A DNA stretch of 64,000 nucleotides from a virus. Below, piece by piece: positions 48,186 through 57,190 of the stretch. The notes below the pieces were generated by a model. It searched no databases and was not told the origin of the DNA. It was given only the letters and a program-made list of their open reading frames with translations. The stretch covers positions 126,178 to 190,177 of the IMG/VR virus record IMGVR_UViG_3300021142_002226; one strand, written 5' to 3'. Numbering within the stretch: the first letter of the stretch is position 1; each line of letters opens with the position of its first letter. Both the position numbers and the translations under genes were made by a program.

Positions 48186-49949
48186 TTATTTAATCTTTAT
48201 TTTCATCAAAGTACCGCTTTCATTTTTTTCACACGATACCTCAAAACCATGCTCTTTCAATATTGCTATACAAATACTTAAACCTAAACCAGTACCAACC
48301 TCTTTTTGGTTACTTTTCCTGATATAAGGCTTAGATAAATGTTCAAATTCTTGTTGCGTCATACCCCTACCATTATCCTGAATACCAATATGCTCGTCAT
48401 CTAACATAAATATAGCGACCATTTTAAATTCACTATCATTATACTTCAAACCATTTCTAATCAAATTATCAATGGCTGTACAAAATAATGAGGGGTTTAC
48501 ATCAATCGTTGGTAAATAATCAATAGCCACCTGCTTAACATAAGCGGTGTTACTCAAATAATCATCCAATATTTTCTTCAAATCGCAAGACTCTTTTTCA
48601 AGAACCGTATCCTTCTTAACCAAATTCGTAAATTCATAAACCCCTTTATAAATTCTCTGAGTATGCTTCAAACCCTCTTTAATCATTTTCAACGGCGAAT
48701 CCAATTTATATTGTTTTATAATTTCAGGATTCAATCTCCTTTCCAATGATGAAATACCTCTTGGCATATAAGTATTAATACCACTATGCATATCATGACG
48801 CAAAATCTTTGCCGCATGTTCCAAATATGTATTCTTTTTTTCAATCTCAAATATACTCTTGATAAGTTCTGTTACATCATATCTTATTGAGGTATAACCA
48901 ATTAATTTTCCTGTAACATTATCAAAATCCGCTTTTATATATGAATCAACCCAATAAAGTTCACCATTTTTATTCTTATTAGTGATAATTTTATTCCAAA
49001 CCTTTTTTTCCTTCAATATGACGTTAAACATATCATTCCAAAAAGCTTTACTATGATCACCTGATTTGAAAAAACTATGATCCTTACCAATTATATCCTC
49101 ATAACCCCAACCAGAAACTTCCTGGAATTTCTTGTTAACATAAGTTATCTTACCAGATACATCTGATTTAGAAACCAAAACAGATCTGTCAATAAATTTC
49201 TCAAACTCAATTAAATCCTTAGCCGTCAAATTATTCTGATAAACAGCATAACCAAAAGAATATGTGGAAGTTAATAATTGGACAAAATCTATCTCCTCCT
49301 TCAACCACTCCCTATTATTATGATTCTCAAAACTTATCATACCAATAACATCACCCTTGAACCAAATAGGAACAATTACACAAGAATTAATTTTATTTCT
49401 TTGTATGTAATTTACAGAATGAATAACGTTATCCTTATTATTTTCAAGTAAAATATACGGATTAGACTTTAACTCCTCGAAAAATATCTTATTAGAACTC
49501 ACCAGTATTATATCATTAGTCCTAAAAGAATTTGTATTCTTAATGAAAATTTCATTGCAAACCATTTTCTTCTTTTGACCATCATATAACCAAACACCCA
49601 CTCTATCAATACCCAAACCATTACACGCAGACTGAGTCAATACCTTTGCAGCATTCAAAATATCACCCTCATAATATAAATCATTATTAATCTGATCAAC
49701 CAATAAAGTATTCAACTTGGACGTGTAATCCCTCGATTTCTTAATCTCATTAGAACGTGCCACCAACTCCCTCATCAAATAACAAAACATCGGCACAAAA
49801 AATACAAAACAACCCAACTCAACCCACTTAAAATATTGAAAAGTAGGAAAAAAATCAAAAATAACACTTACCTTCACAATCATAAAAATGAACATAAGTA
49901 TAGCACAACCAATAATTGCTGATCTCACTTTATTACACATATTACTCAT
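48186..49949 (-). CDS. Membrane sensor histidine kinase (TM-GAF-PAS-HisKA-HATPase; start revised)
   Basis: Two N-terminal TM helices; GAF (VGVWLY, IVPI..KG.VIG); PAS (DVSGKITYVN); LRHDMH (H-box), NLIRNG, DNGRG, GTGLGL. Confidence 0.9.
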   Translation of the reverse strand: MSNMCNKVRSAIIGCAILMFIFMIVKVSVIFDFFPTFQYFKWVELGCFVFFVPMFCYLMRELVARSNEIKKSRDYTSKLNTLLVDQINNDLYYEGDILNAAKVLTQSACNGLGIDRVGVWLYDGQKKKMVCNEIFIKNTNSFRTNDIILVSSNKIFFEELKSNPYILLENNKDNVIHSVNYIQRNKINSCVIVPIWFKGDVIGMISFENHNNREWLKEEIDFVQLLTSTYSFGYAVYQNNLTAKDLIEFEKFIDRSVLVSKSDVSGKITYVNKKFQEVSGWGYEDIIGKDHSFFKSGDHSKAFWNDMFNVILKEKKVWNKIITNKNKNGELYWVDSYIKADFDNVTGKLIGYTSIRYDVTELIKSIFEIEKKNTYLEHAAKILRHDMHSGINTYMPRGISSLERRLNPEIIKQYKLDSPLKMIKEGLKHTQRIYKGVYEFTNLVKKDTVLEKESCDLKKILDDYLSNTAYVKQVAIDYLPTIDVNPSLFCTAIDNLIRNGLKYNDSEFKMVAIFMLDDEHIGIQDNGRGMTQQEFEHLSKPYIRKSNQKEVGTGLGLSICIAILKEHGFEVSCEKNESGTLMKIKIK

Positions 49950-50044
49950 AATTATATTTGTTTTATATCGAACTTTAGTTAAGTTACCTATAAATACTTT
50001 AAAATATACCATTAAATTAAACTATTTATAAAAAATACATTTCC

Positions 50045-50518
50045 GTGCATTTAAACGAACAATTAAATAAAATTAAGTCAATGATGGGCATAAAACCATT
50101 AAATGAATACATTGACCCAAAAACGGTGCTTAACGACCAAAATTCCTTAGAATCAATATATTCTGGAAAAAGAAATGTTGGAACCATAGTTAAACATGGT
50201 GGTGTTAGAAATAAAAGCTGGGAAGAAACACTTAAAGATATCGAAAAACATGGCCTTAATTTGATGAAAGTTGAATCAAACCCATATGACCTTTATATTG
50301 TATATAAAAAATATGCGCATTTCCAAGCAAAAGAATTGCATGATATAGCTGAAAAAAATGAGGGCTACCTATCAGTAAACGCATCAATAGAAGATTCAGT
50401 CAGAATCGGTGAGTTGTTGGAATATAACCCAGAATCAATAAAACAATATATAATTAAGAACTACCCAGCAGAAGAAGTTCGAAAATATTATACAAATAAA
50501 AACAATTTTGATATATAA
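50045..50518 (+). CDS. Leader-tagged hypothetical protein
   Basis: MHLNEQLNKIKSMMGIKPLNE. Confidence 0.65.
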   Translation: MHLNEQLNKIKSMMGIKPLNEYIDPKTVLNDQNSLESIYSGKRNVGTIVKHGGVRNKSWEETLKDIEKHGLNLMKVESNPYDLYIVYKKYAHFQAKELHDIAEKNEGYLSVNASIEDSVRIGELLEYNPESIKQYIIKNYPAEEVRKYYTNKNNFDI

Positions 50519-51067
50519 TGAAATTGAACGAACAAATACATAGAATGAAATCAATGATGGGGTTAAATGAAGGTTTGGGTGGAGAATCATTCGAACAATA
50601 TTTTAAAAGGAGAATCCCTTTTTTGAAAGAATTTGTTGACCTATCAACAGATGACGAACATTTGAATTTTCAAAATACAACTGAAAATCAAAACGTTAAA
50701 ATCTATATACCGTCATCCGAACTAATTTATACACTACCACAATTTGATATTATAACACAATTCAAATTTAACAAAATGGGTGATAAATATGAATTAGCAT
50801 TTTATTTCAATTTTGATATAGAATACCCAAAAGATATGGATGAGCAATTCAAAAGAACCTTTGATGAACAAGCCAGTACTTTGGCTCAAATGAACTCTAT
50901 GGAATTTGATGATGCTCAAATCAGTCCAGAATTTATTAATTTTGTGATCAGGAAAATCAACGAAAACATTTTCAAAATGCCTGAATTGATTAATAAGTAT
51001 TTGATGATACCAGATATAAACACCCAACTTGATATATAATGAAATTGAACGAACAAATACATAGAAT
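50508..51067 (+). repeat. Identical 39-nt direct repeat (50508-50546 and 51029-51067) spanning stop/start junctions
   Basis: ttgatatataatgaaattgaacgaacaaatacatagaat. Confidence 0.95.
50518..51039 (+). CDS. Leader-tagged hypothetical protein
   Basis: MKLNEQIHRMKSMMGLNE. Confidence 0.65.
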   Translation: MKLNEQIHRMKSMMGLNEGLGGESFEQYFKRRIPFLKEFVDLSTDDEHLNFQNTTENQNVKIYIPSSELIYTLPQFDIITQFKFNKMGDKYELAFYFNFDIEYPKDMDEQFKRTFDEQASTLAQMNSMEFDDAQISPEFINFVIRKINENIFKMPELINKYLMIPDINTQLDI

Positions 51068-51893
51068 TAAAGAAATGATGGGCTTACAACCCATTAATGA
51101 ATACGTCACACAAAATGATGTTTATCTCCGTGATTATTTTAATATGTCAGACGAACAAAAAAAATCTGGTCTCCCTTATGAATACTCATTTCTATTTGAT
51201 GATTTCCTTGTGGAAAACGATATAGTGTTTGAAAAACCAACGCATTCATTCATCAGTACTGACGGTGAAGAACCTGGAGACACATACGAAGATTACGAAA
51301 TAGTTGAATGGCTAAACCAACATAAAAAACCATTATTTGATCAATTTGCTACTTATCTATACAATAGAGTCAATGATCACACCCTACCAGTATCTGATGC
51401 CGAATACCCAGCCTGGTCATTCTTTAGCTCCGCAACATTAATCAAAAACCAATGGCTCATCCATTTTACCAATGATCCATGGGGCATCGCAAAGAACGGT
51501 TTCACCAAAGGCGTTTCAGAAATTGAAAAACTCGGACTCACAACATATCTTGGAGAATTCGAGAAAAAATACGGAGGTTACAATTTTGCATTTAGAGCGA
51601 ATATATATAACAGATACGCAAAAGGTAGCCACGGATACAAATACGGTGAAGAAGCCGTGATGTTCATTGGTTCAGGCATGGAAATGCACCACTATGGTGA
51701 CGAAGAACCACAAGTCATCTTCTGGGGCAAAAAAGCTAAAAACATAGTGCCGATAACAAAAGAATACGGTGACGATTATGCTGTACATAACCTAAAGAAG
51801 GGTGGTATAGTTTATAAAAGCCAAGATCTCGATGACGTGGTTTCTTGGGTTATGAGAAATTACCAACAATACCAAAATAGATTACATTATTAA
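51039..51893 (+). CDS. Leader-tagged protein, possible ADP-ribosyltransferase-like fold
   Basis: MKLNEQIHRIKEMMGLQPINE; LIHFT...IAKNGF...YNFAF...GDEEPQVIF. Confidence 0.5.
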   Translation: MKLNEQIHRIKEMMGLQPINEYVTQNDVYLRDYFNMSDEQKKSGLPYEYSFLFDDFLVENDIVFEKPTHSFISTDGEEPGDTYEDYEIVEWLNQHKKPLFDQFATYLYNRVNDHTLPVSDAEYPAWSFFSSATLIKNQWLIHFTNDPWGIAKNGFTKGVSEIEKLGLTTYLGEFEKKYGGYNFAFRANIYNRYAKGSHGYKYGEEAVMFIGSGMEMHHYGDEEPQVIFWGKKAKNIVPITKEYGDDYAVHNLKKGGIVYKSQDLDDVVSWVMRNYQQYQNRLHY

Positions 51894-51908
51894 AAAAAAG
51901 AAATAATA

Positions 51909-53093
51909 ATGAACTTACACGAACAAATACATAGGATTAAAGAAATGATGGGTTTGAAAGAATCCAATTATGATGGCAAAACCTTGATTAATGTCGATAT
52001 TCAACCAGAATATAAAAACTATCTTTCATTCGACCCAAATGATTGGGTTGAAATGTTAAATAATCATAGAGGTAAAATTGTATTCCTATATAATGGAGAA
52101 GACACACTTGGAATGATCAATTTACACGATTACCAATATTGGTTATTAGATCATGGTGTTGATGAACATGTGATAGAAAACGCAACCTTCTATGATAAAG
52201 GTTACGCTTTCTTTAGATATTGTATAGACGAAAAAATTGAAGAAAAACAAATTATAGATCTAATAAAATTCATGATCGAAAAAGATGTGAACGATTCACG
52301 TGATTTGAATGAAGAATTTTGGGACGAATTCATATCAAATTATTCACATGACGATATCAGAAAACTTCTCGAAATGAGCGATGATTGTATCAATATACCA
52401 GATCTTATGGATTTCCTAAAAAATTATAACAATATTGTTATTTGCGGCGGAGGTGCAAACGAATGCCTGAAAGAAGTTGAAATAGCACTACACGCACTCG
52501 GAAAATCATTTGACACATATCATGATTTTGTATATGAAAAAAACTATATAAACGAAGAAGAAATTCAAATAGAAAAAGACTCTAACCTAAATACAGTAAA
52601 CGAAAACGTATCACAAATCACATCAGGCGAAGCGGTATGGAACCATATCGTATCAATCACACCAGATGAAGAAGATATACCATGGGGTTTCGAAAAAATC
52701 ATCAAACAAAACTCATTCATCCCAATAGATGACTTTGACCTAAGATCACTGCTTACAACAGACCCAGATTTCAAACAATTCTATGAACATAACAAAGATA
52801 ATGAATATTTTAGATACGACCCATCAGAAGTTAATAGCAATGAATTAGACCAAGAAATTGTTGTCGTAAACGGAGAACTACTTGACGGTTACTCAAGAGC
52901 AGCAACAAAACTTGCAAACGGTGAAACAAAAACAAACGCATTCGTTGCATCAAAAGGAACCATCAAAATAGATGAAAAAGTAACAAAAAATGAAATCATC
53001 TGCGATAAATGTGGATGGAAATGGAAAAAGGAAGACGGAGGAAAAGATCTATATATCTGCCACAAATGTAACCACAACAACAAACCTAAGTAA
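51909..53093 (+). CDS. Leader-tagged mosaic protein: cysteine-hydrolase (isochorismatase/nicotinamidase-like) domain, ParB-like segment, zinc ribbon
   Basis: LINVDIQP...IVICGGGANECL; LLDGYSR; CDKC...CHKC. Confidence 0.55.
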   Translation: MNLHEQIHRIKEMMGLKESNYDGKTLINVDIQPEYKNYLSFDPNDWVEMLNNHRGKIVFLYNGEDTLGMINLHDYQYWLLDHGVDEHVIENATFYDKGYAFFRYCIDEKIEEKQIIDLIKFMIEKDVNDSRDLNEEFWDEFISNYSHDDIRKLLEMSDDCINIPDLMDFLKNYNNIVICGGGANECLKEVEIALHALGKSFDTYHDFVYEKNYINEEEIQIEKDSNLNTVNENVSQITSGEAVWNHIVSITPDEEDIPWGFEKIIKQNSFIPIDDFDLRSLLTTDPDFKQFYEHNKDNEYFRYDPSEVNSNELDQEIVVVNGELLDGYSRAATKLANGETKTNAFVASKGTIKIDEKVTKNEIICDKCGWKWKKEDGGKDLYICHKCNHNNKPK

Positions 53094-53142
53094 CAACACA
53101 CGCCGAAGGCGGCGGACTATATACCTTTTCTACAAAAAAAAT

Positions 53143-53163
53143 AACCCCAGATATCCTGGGGTT
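53143..53163. terminator. Intrinsic terminator between convergent genes
   Basis: aaccccag-atatc-ctggggtt flanked by A/T tracts. Confidence 0.75.
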
Positions 53164-53166
53164 TTA

Positions 53167-53483
53167 TTATTTTATATGAATTATGCTCGGATTATATATA
53201 ATATAATGCTTTATGGGCTCATTATACCTACCACCCTTCGGATTTTCAGTCAATAATTTCCTCGGAGTTATCACAGCCTCATAAACATGCTCACCATAAT
53301 GCTGAGCATTCTCCCTCGATGAACTGAAATATATGCCAGGCCCCCCAAGATCCTCAGCATCCCTGCCACCAACAAAATCATCCACAAATGAACTTATCTT
53401 GGTATTGGAACCATGATACACAGTTATCGAACCAATACCCTCATGGATTTCATTCTGGAAATCTGTTCATTTAAATTTTTCAT
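53167..53483 (-). pseudogene. Frameshifted leader-tagged ART-like gene
   Basis: MKNLNEQISRMKSM, then a 1-nt deletion (atg a[t]g ggt), then GIGSITVYHGS...GPGIYFS...A..YG..VYE. Confidence 0.7.
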
Positions 53484-54061
53484 ATGTTATTTGACTTTAT
53501 ATTAATTAATGTCTTCTTTCTTTTTGGATCCTCATTATATCCGTCAATTAACTCCTCAGCAATATTCCATAACTTATACCAAACCTGAGCAGCATCATAC
53601 ATATCTGAAGATAAATAATATAAACTATTTCTATATTTTGAAATTTCATCAATCACCTTATTATCATAACCATACTTCTCATGAAAAGTATCAATCTTAT
53701 CTTGATAATATTCCTCTCGTGCATTATAATAATCATTCGCCTTCTCAAGCTCCCTTTCCTTCTGCTTTGCCATATCAATATTTTTAACAATATCATCTAA
53801 CACAGCACCAGCCATCAATTTAGTTGCCTCAATGTCAATATACTTCTTGGCCTTGGCATAATCATCCATGACCTCACTCAAAACCTTACCAATCTCATCA
53901 TTAACACTTGGAACCTGGTCATCAGGAACTTCCTCAGCATATGGAATATCCTCATCCGTCTCAGCAACCATTGGAACATCTGGCTCCAAATCACTGTACC
54001 CAGATTCACCTAAACCCATCATCGATTTCATCTTTGAAATCTGTTCATTAAGATTTTTCAT
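53480..54061 (-). CDS. Leader-tagged hypothetical helical protein (start revised)
   Basis: MKNLNEQISKMKSMMGLGE. Confidence 0.65.
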   Translation of the reverse strand: MKNLNEQISKMKSMMGLGESGYSDLEPDVPMVAETDEDIPYAEEVPDDQVPSVNDEIGKVLSEVMDDYAKAKKYIDIEATKLMAGAVLDDIVKNIDMAKQKERELEKANDYYNAREEYYQDKIDTFHEKYGYDNKVIDEISKYRNSLYYLSSDMYDAAQVWYKLWNIAEELIDGYNEDPKRKKTLINIKSNNI

Positions 54062-54173
54062 ACGCCTTCTTAAGCTCACTTAATATTCTTTGATTCTCAG
54101 AAAGCCTCTTGATATTCTTCAAAACATTCTTTCTAACCTTTAATTTATGCAATTGCTTCTTTCTCCTTGCCAT
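54048..54173 (-). CDS. Small basic peptide (41 aa, not in the ORF track)
   Basis: MARRKKQLHKLKVRKNVLKNIKRLSENQRILSELKKAYEKS*; TATTTAT upstream. Confidence 0.5.
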   Translation of the reverse strand: MARRKKQLHKLKVRKNVLKNIKRLSENQRILSELKKAYEKS

Positions 54174-54275
54174 ATTAGTACATTTATATTATACATAAAT
54201 AGTTATAAAATTAATAAAATTATTGCACCTTTCAAAATCCCAATTTTCCAAAAAAATATCTATTTATATTTACAT

Positions 54276-54797
54276 ATGGCACTCAACGAACAAATAAATA
54301 GAATCAAAGAAATGATGGGCTTGAATAATCGATATGAATACAAAATAGTATCCTATGAAGAATTTGAAGACAAATTATTAGATATCACAACACTAAATTT
54401 GGAAGATGATCAAGTAAGAATACCACAATTTGATCAAAATAAAGATTATCACCTACTCAATATAAATGATGTTGACCTATATATCAGAAATAGAAAACAA
54501 CTCCCAGAAAGCGGTTCCTACGAATTATTTATCTCTAATATCGATGGCGATGATATAGGGTTTATCCGTGGTACAAAATTAAACAACATACTTTCATTTA
54601 ATCTCATTTATATCACCCCAGAACACAGAGGCGAAGGTATAGGAACTGAAATATATGAATATTTCCTAAATCATGGATATATAATCAAATCTGACTCAGA
54701 AATCACTGATAGTACATATAGCATCTACACAAAACTCGCAAAGTCAATTTATAAACCAATTATATTTAATGACGGTAGAGTAGGATTAACCAAATAA
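54276..54797 (+). CDS. Leader-tagged GNAT acetyltransferase (start revised)
   Basis: MALNEQINRIKEMMGL; IYITPEHRGEGIGTEIY (GNAT motif A). Confidence 0.7.
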   Translation: MALNEQINRIKEMMGLNNRYEYKIVSYEEFEDKLLDITTLNLEDDQVRIPQFDQNKDYHLLNINDVDLYIRNRKQLPESGSYELFISNIDGDDIGFIRGTKLNNILSFNLIYITPEHRGEGIGTEIYEYFLNHGYIIKSDSEITDSTYSIYTKLAKSIYKPIIFNDGRVGLTK

Positions 54798-54900
54798 AAA
54801 GTCCAAATTTTTGGGTGATTTTTTTTCCAAAAAATTTTTTGACTTTTCAGTAAAAAAAGGACCCCAAAATTTTTTTTTCAAAAACAATTCATTTAGAGGT

Positions 54901-54967
54901 TTGACCCCCTATACACCCCCCACCTGACAGGGTGGCAGGGAAGGGGATACCTACACCCCCCCACCCA
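54901..54967. other. GC-rich non-coding island with poly-C tracts and a TACACCCCCC(C)ACC direct repeat
   Basis: Sharp compositional outlier in AT-rich DNA at the boundary between gene regions. Confidence 0.7.
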
Positions 54968-55183
54968 TGACAACATGGCAGATATTATAAAACGAAATAT
55001 GCAAGTGATTGTGTATATATTTTTTATAACTAATTGTAAATTAATATACTATCTATTTTAAGCTATCAAATTTGCTCTATAATTGTGTTACCTATATCAA
55101 TACCTTAGTTTTATATTATCGTTTAAATTTGGGCAAATAAATAGGCAAAGAATAACATTGTGTTTATAGGTATGGGCATAAAA

Positions 55184-55204
55184 AAAGTAGGCAATGCCTA
55201 CTTT
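55184..55204 (-). terminator. Intrinsic terminator
   Basis: aaagtaggc-aat-gcctacttt. Confidence 0.7.
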
Positions 55205-55228
55205 CTTTATATTAAGATTAAAACTATA

Positions 55229-55897
55229 CTATGATAGTTCTAAAGTGTCACCATTAACTTTAATATTGCCCAATATATTAGGGATTGCAATAGTACGAAT
55301 GTCGGATTTTTTTAATGTATCACGTATTATATTTTTTGCTACTGTAAGCGGTGCGCTTGCTGTCTTTTTAAATTCGCCCTTTACAATAGTATTTTTTGTA
55401 ATAACTTGCCCAAAAATAAGCAGGTTATTGGTTACAGTATTAAACTTTAACACATTATGAAAATGTATATTATTGTCTGCTTTCGGCTTATCCTTTGCGC
55501 TATCTTGTTTCAATGCGATTAAAGCCATAGGTAACAAATTAAGTATTTCAATATGTGGGTTTTTTTGGTCGGCAAATTTACACAAATCATATTTGCTAAA
55601 GTTATGATTTATTACATTATCCTTTAATATATCGGTTATTGTTTCACTATCATAACTATTTAAAGTTATTGTGTCCTTACCTATCATATTTTCATATGAT
55701 ATACCAATGTTAATAAGCAAATCGGCTATTTCGGTATTATCTGATTTATCCGAATTATAACCCTTAATGTTAATAAACTTACAGCCCCTTACACTTGTAG
55801 CGTCTATAAGTTGCTTTAAAGTTTCAACGTTTATGTGATTGTATGTACTAATCACTTGAAGCAAAAATTGTTCGGTTACATTAATATTTTGTACCAT
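55229..55897 (-). CDS. Hypothetical early-type protein (start revised)
   Basis: MVQNINV...; own TAnnTTTG promoter at 55932. Confidence 0.6.
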   Translation of the reverse strand: MVQNINVTEQFLLQVISTYNHINVETLKQLIDATSVRGCKFINIKGYNSDKSDNTEIADLLINIGISYENMIGKDTITLNSYDSETITDILKDNVINHNFSKYDLCKFADQKNPHIEILNLLPMALIALKQDSAKDKPKADNNIHFHNVLKFNTVTNNLLIFGQVITKNTIVKGEFKKTASAPLTVAKNIIRDTLKKSDIRTIAIPNILGNIKVNGDTLELS

Positions 55898-56145
55898 ATG
55901 TATAACTGCCTTGTTTTGTTTTGCAGTGATGCAAAAATACAACTATTTTCTGAAATAAAACAATATCACAAATATATTTGTTTTTATAATGGGATAATAC
56001 CATTGCTAAGCATATATTATATAAATTGTTAATAGATTAAATGCTCTGGTTATTGGTATGTTTGTTATCTGTTTGCAATGCCTGTTTATTTGCCTGTTAT
56101 TGCCCTGTTACCTGTATGCCTGTATGTTTGAGTATGGATATAAAA

Positions 56146-56170
56146 AAAAGGAGCTAATTTAGCTCCTTTT
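56146..56170 (-). terminator. Intrinsic terminator
   Basis: aaaaggagctaa-t-ttagctcctttt. Confidence 0.75.
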
Positions 56171-56191
56171 AGTTTGGTTAAAGCAATAACA

Positions 56192-57190
56192 CTATGATAG
56201 TGTTAATGCCGTACCCATCTTTGCGGCAATCATATCAAAGGCTATTTGCCTTTGTTTGCGAATATCCCCCTCAAGTACAGAAAGGAATTTGCTGTTATCG
56301 TCTACATTAGCCATATTATGACTAAAAAAGTGCGTTATACCATTATACAAACCCCATGCCGTACCTATAATTTCAGATTGTCCTGCACCTTTAAGGTAGA
56401 TATGCTTAACTGCATTAAGCCTATCCAATTTTTTAGGTGTAAAATCCTTACCTTCTTTTTGGTCAGGTGCAAAGATGGCTGTGATAACTTCATCAGCAAA
56501 GCTATCTTTGATACTGAAATCAGCCATACGGTTAGCAATGGTATTAAATTCGGTTATGTAGTTGTTAGTGATACCCAACACTTTATGGGCCTCTCTCAAG
56601 TTTTCAACTGCATTTGTACGGTGTGTAATGCTTACCATGTTTGTATGTTGTCTTAACGCTGCATTTAGCGTATTTTGGCATACAACACGAACAGGTGTAA
56701 TAAGTGCCTTAATTGCACCTTCACCATTGTGCGACATGGTTAACACTACATAAACTTTTGTAATATCATTAGTACCTGCAATTTGGATATATTCAGGCAT
56801 TTGTGCGCATAAAAATATGCGTTCACCTGCGCCCAATACCCCTGCTGTGGTATAAAATGCTTCGCTGCTTTCAATAATGTTATCAAAAAACTTAAAGCCT
56901 TCAATATTTTGTACCACTTGATACCTGTTACCCACTACGCCCAAAATAGCCCCTGTATCTTTGCGGTAAGTAGCTTGTTTCCCTTTTACAGGTACATTAA
57001 TGCCGTTAACCGATGCGGATAAATCAGCCTTAGCAACTTCATAATCAATTTTTATATGTTTGATTACTTCCTCTGCTGTTGCAAAATCAGGTTTCAATAC
57101 AGTACCCAATCCATGCCATGCAGTTTGATTGTTCATAGATAAGAAATCGTAATTTCCTGTTTCACCGTTTAAATGAATATTATGTGCCAT
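56192..57190 (-). CDS. DUF932/DUF945-family protein
   Basis: AWHGLG, LGVVGNRY..VQN.E.F.F, AGVL..GE.IF, TPVRVVC.NTL, AWGLYNGIT. Confidence 0.85.
   Translation of the reverse strand: MAHNIHLNGETGNYDFLSMNNQTAWHGLGTVLKPDFATAEEVIKHIKIDYEVAKADLSASVNGINVPVKGKQATYRKDTGAILGVVGNRYQVVQNIEGFKFFDNIIESSEAFYTTAGVLGAGERIFLCAQMPEYIQIAGTNDITKVYVVLTMSHNGEGAIKALITPVRVVCQNTLNAALRQHTNMVSITHRTNAVENLREAHKVLGITNNYITEFNTIANRMADFSIKDSFADEVITAIFAPDQKEGKDFTPKKLDRLNAVKHIYLKGAGQSEIIGTAWGLYNGITHFFSHNMANVDDNSKFLSVLEGDIRKQRQIAFDMIAAKMGTALTLS

Noticed and set aside
56040-56140. GCCTGT-like short repeats and the AGCATTCAA triplet at about 57867-57925 as iterons
   Set aside because: Short, irregularly spaced and degenerate, so not distinguishable from chance.
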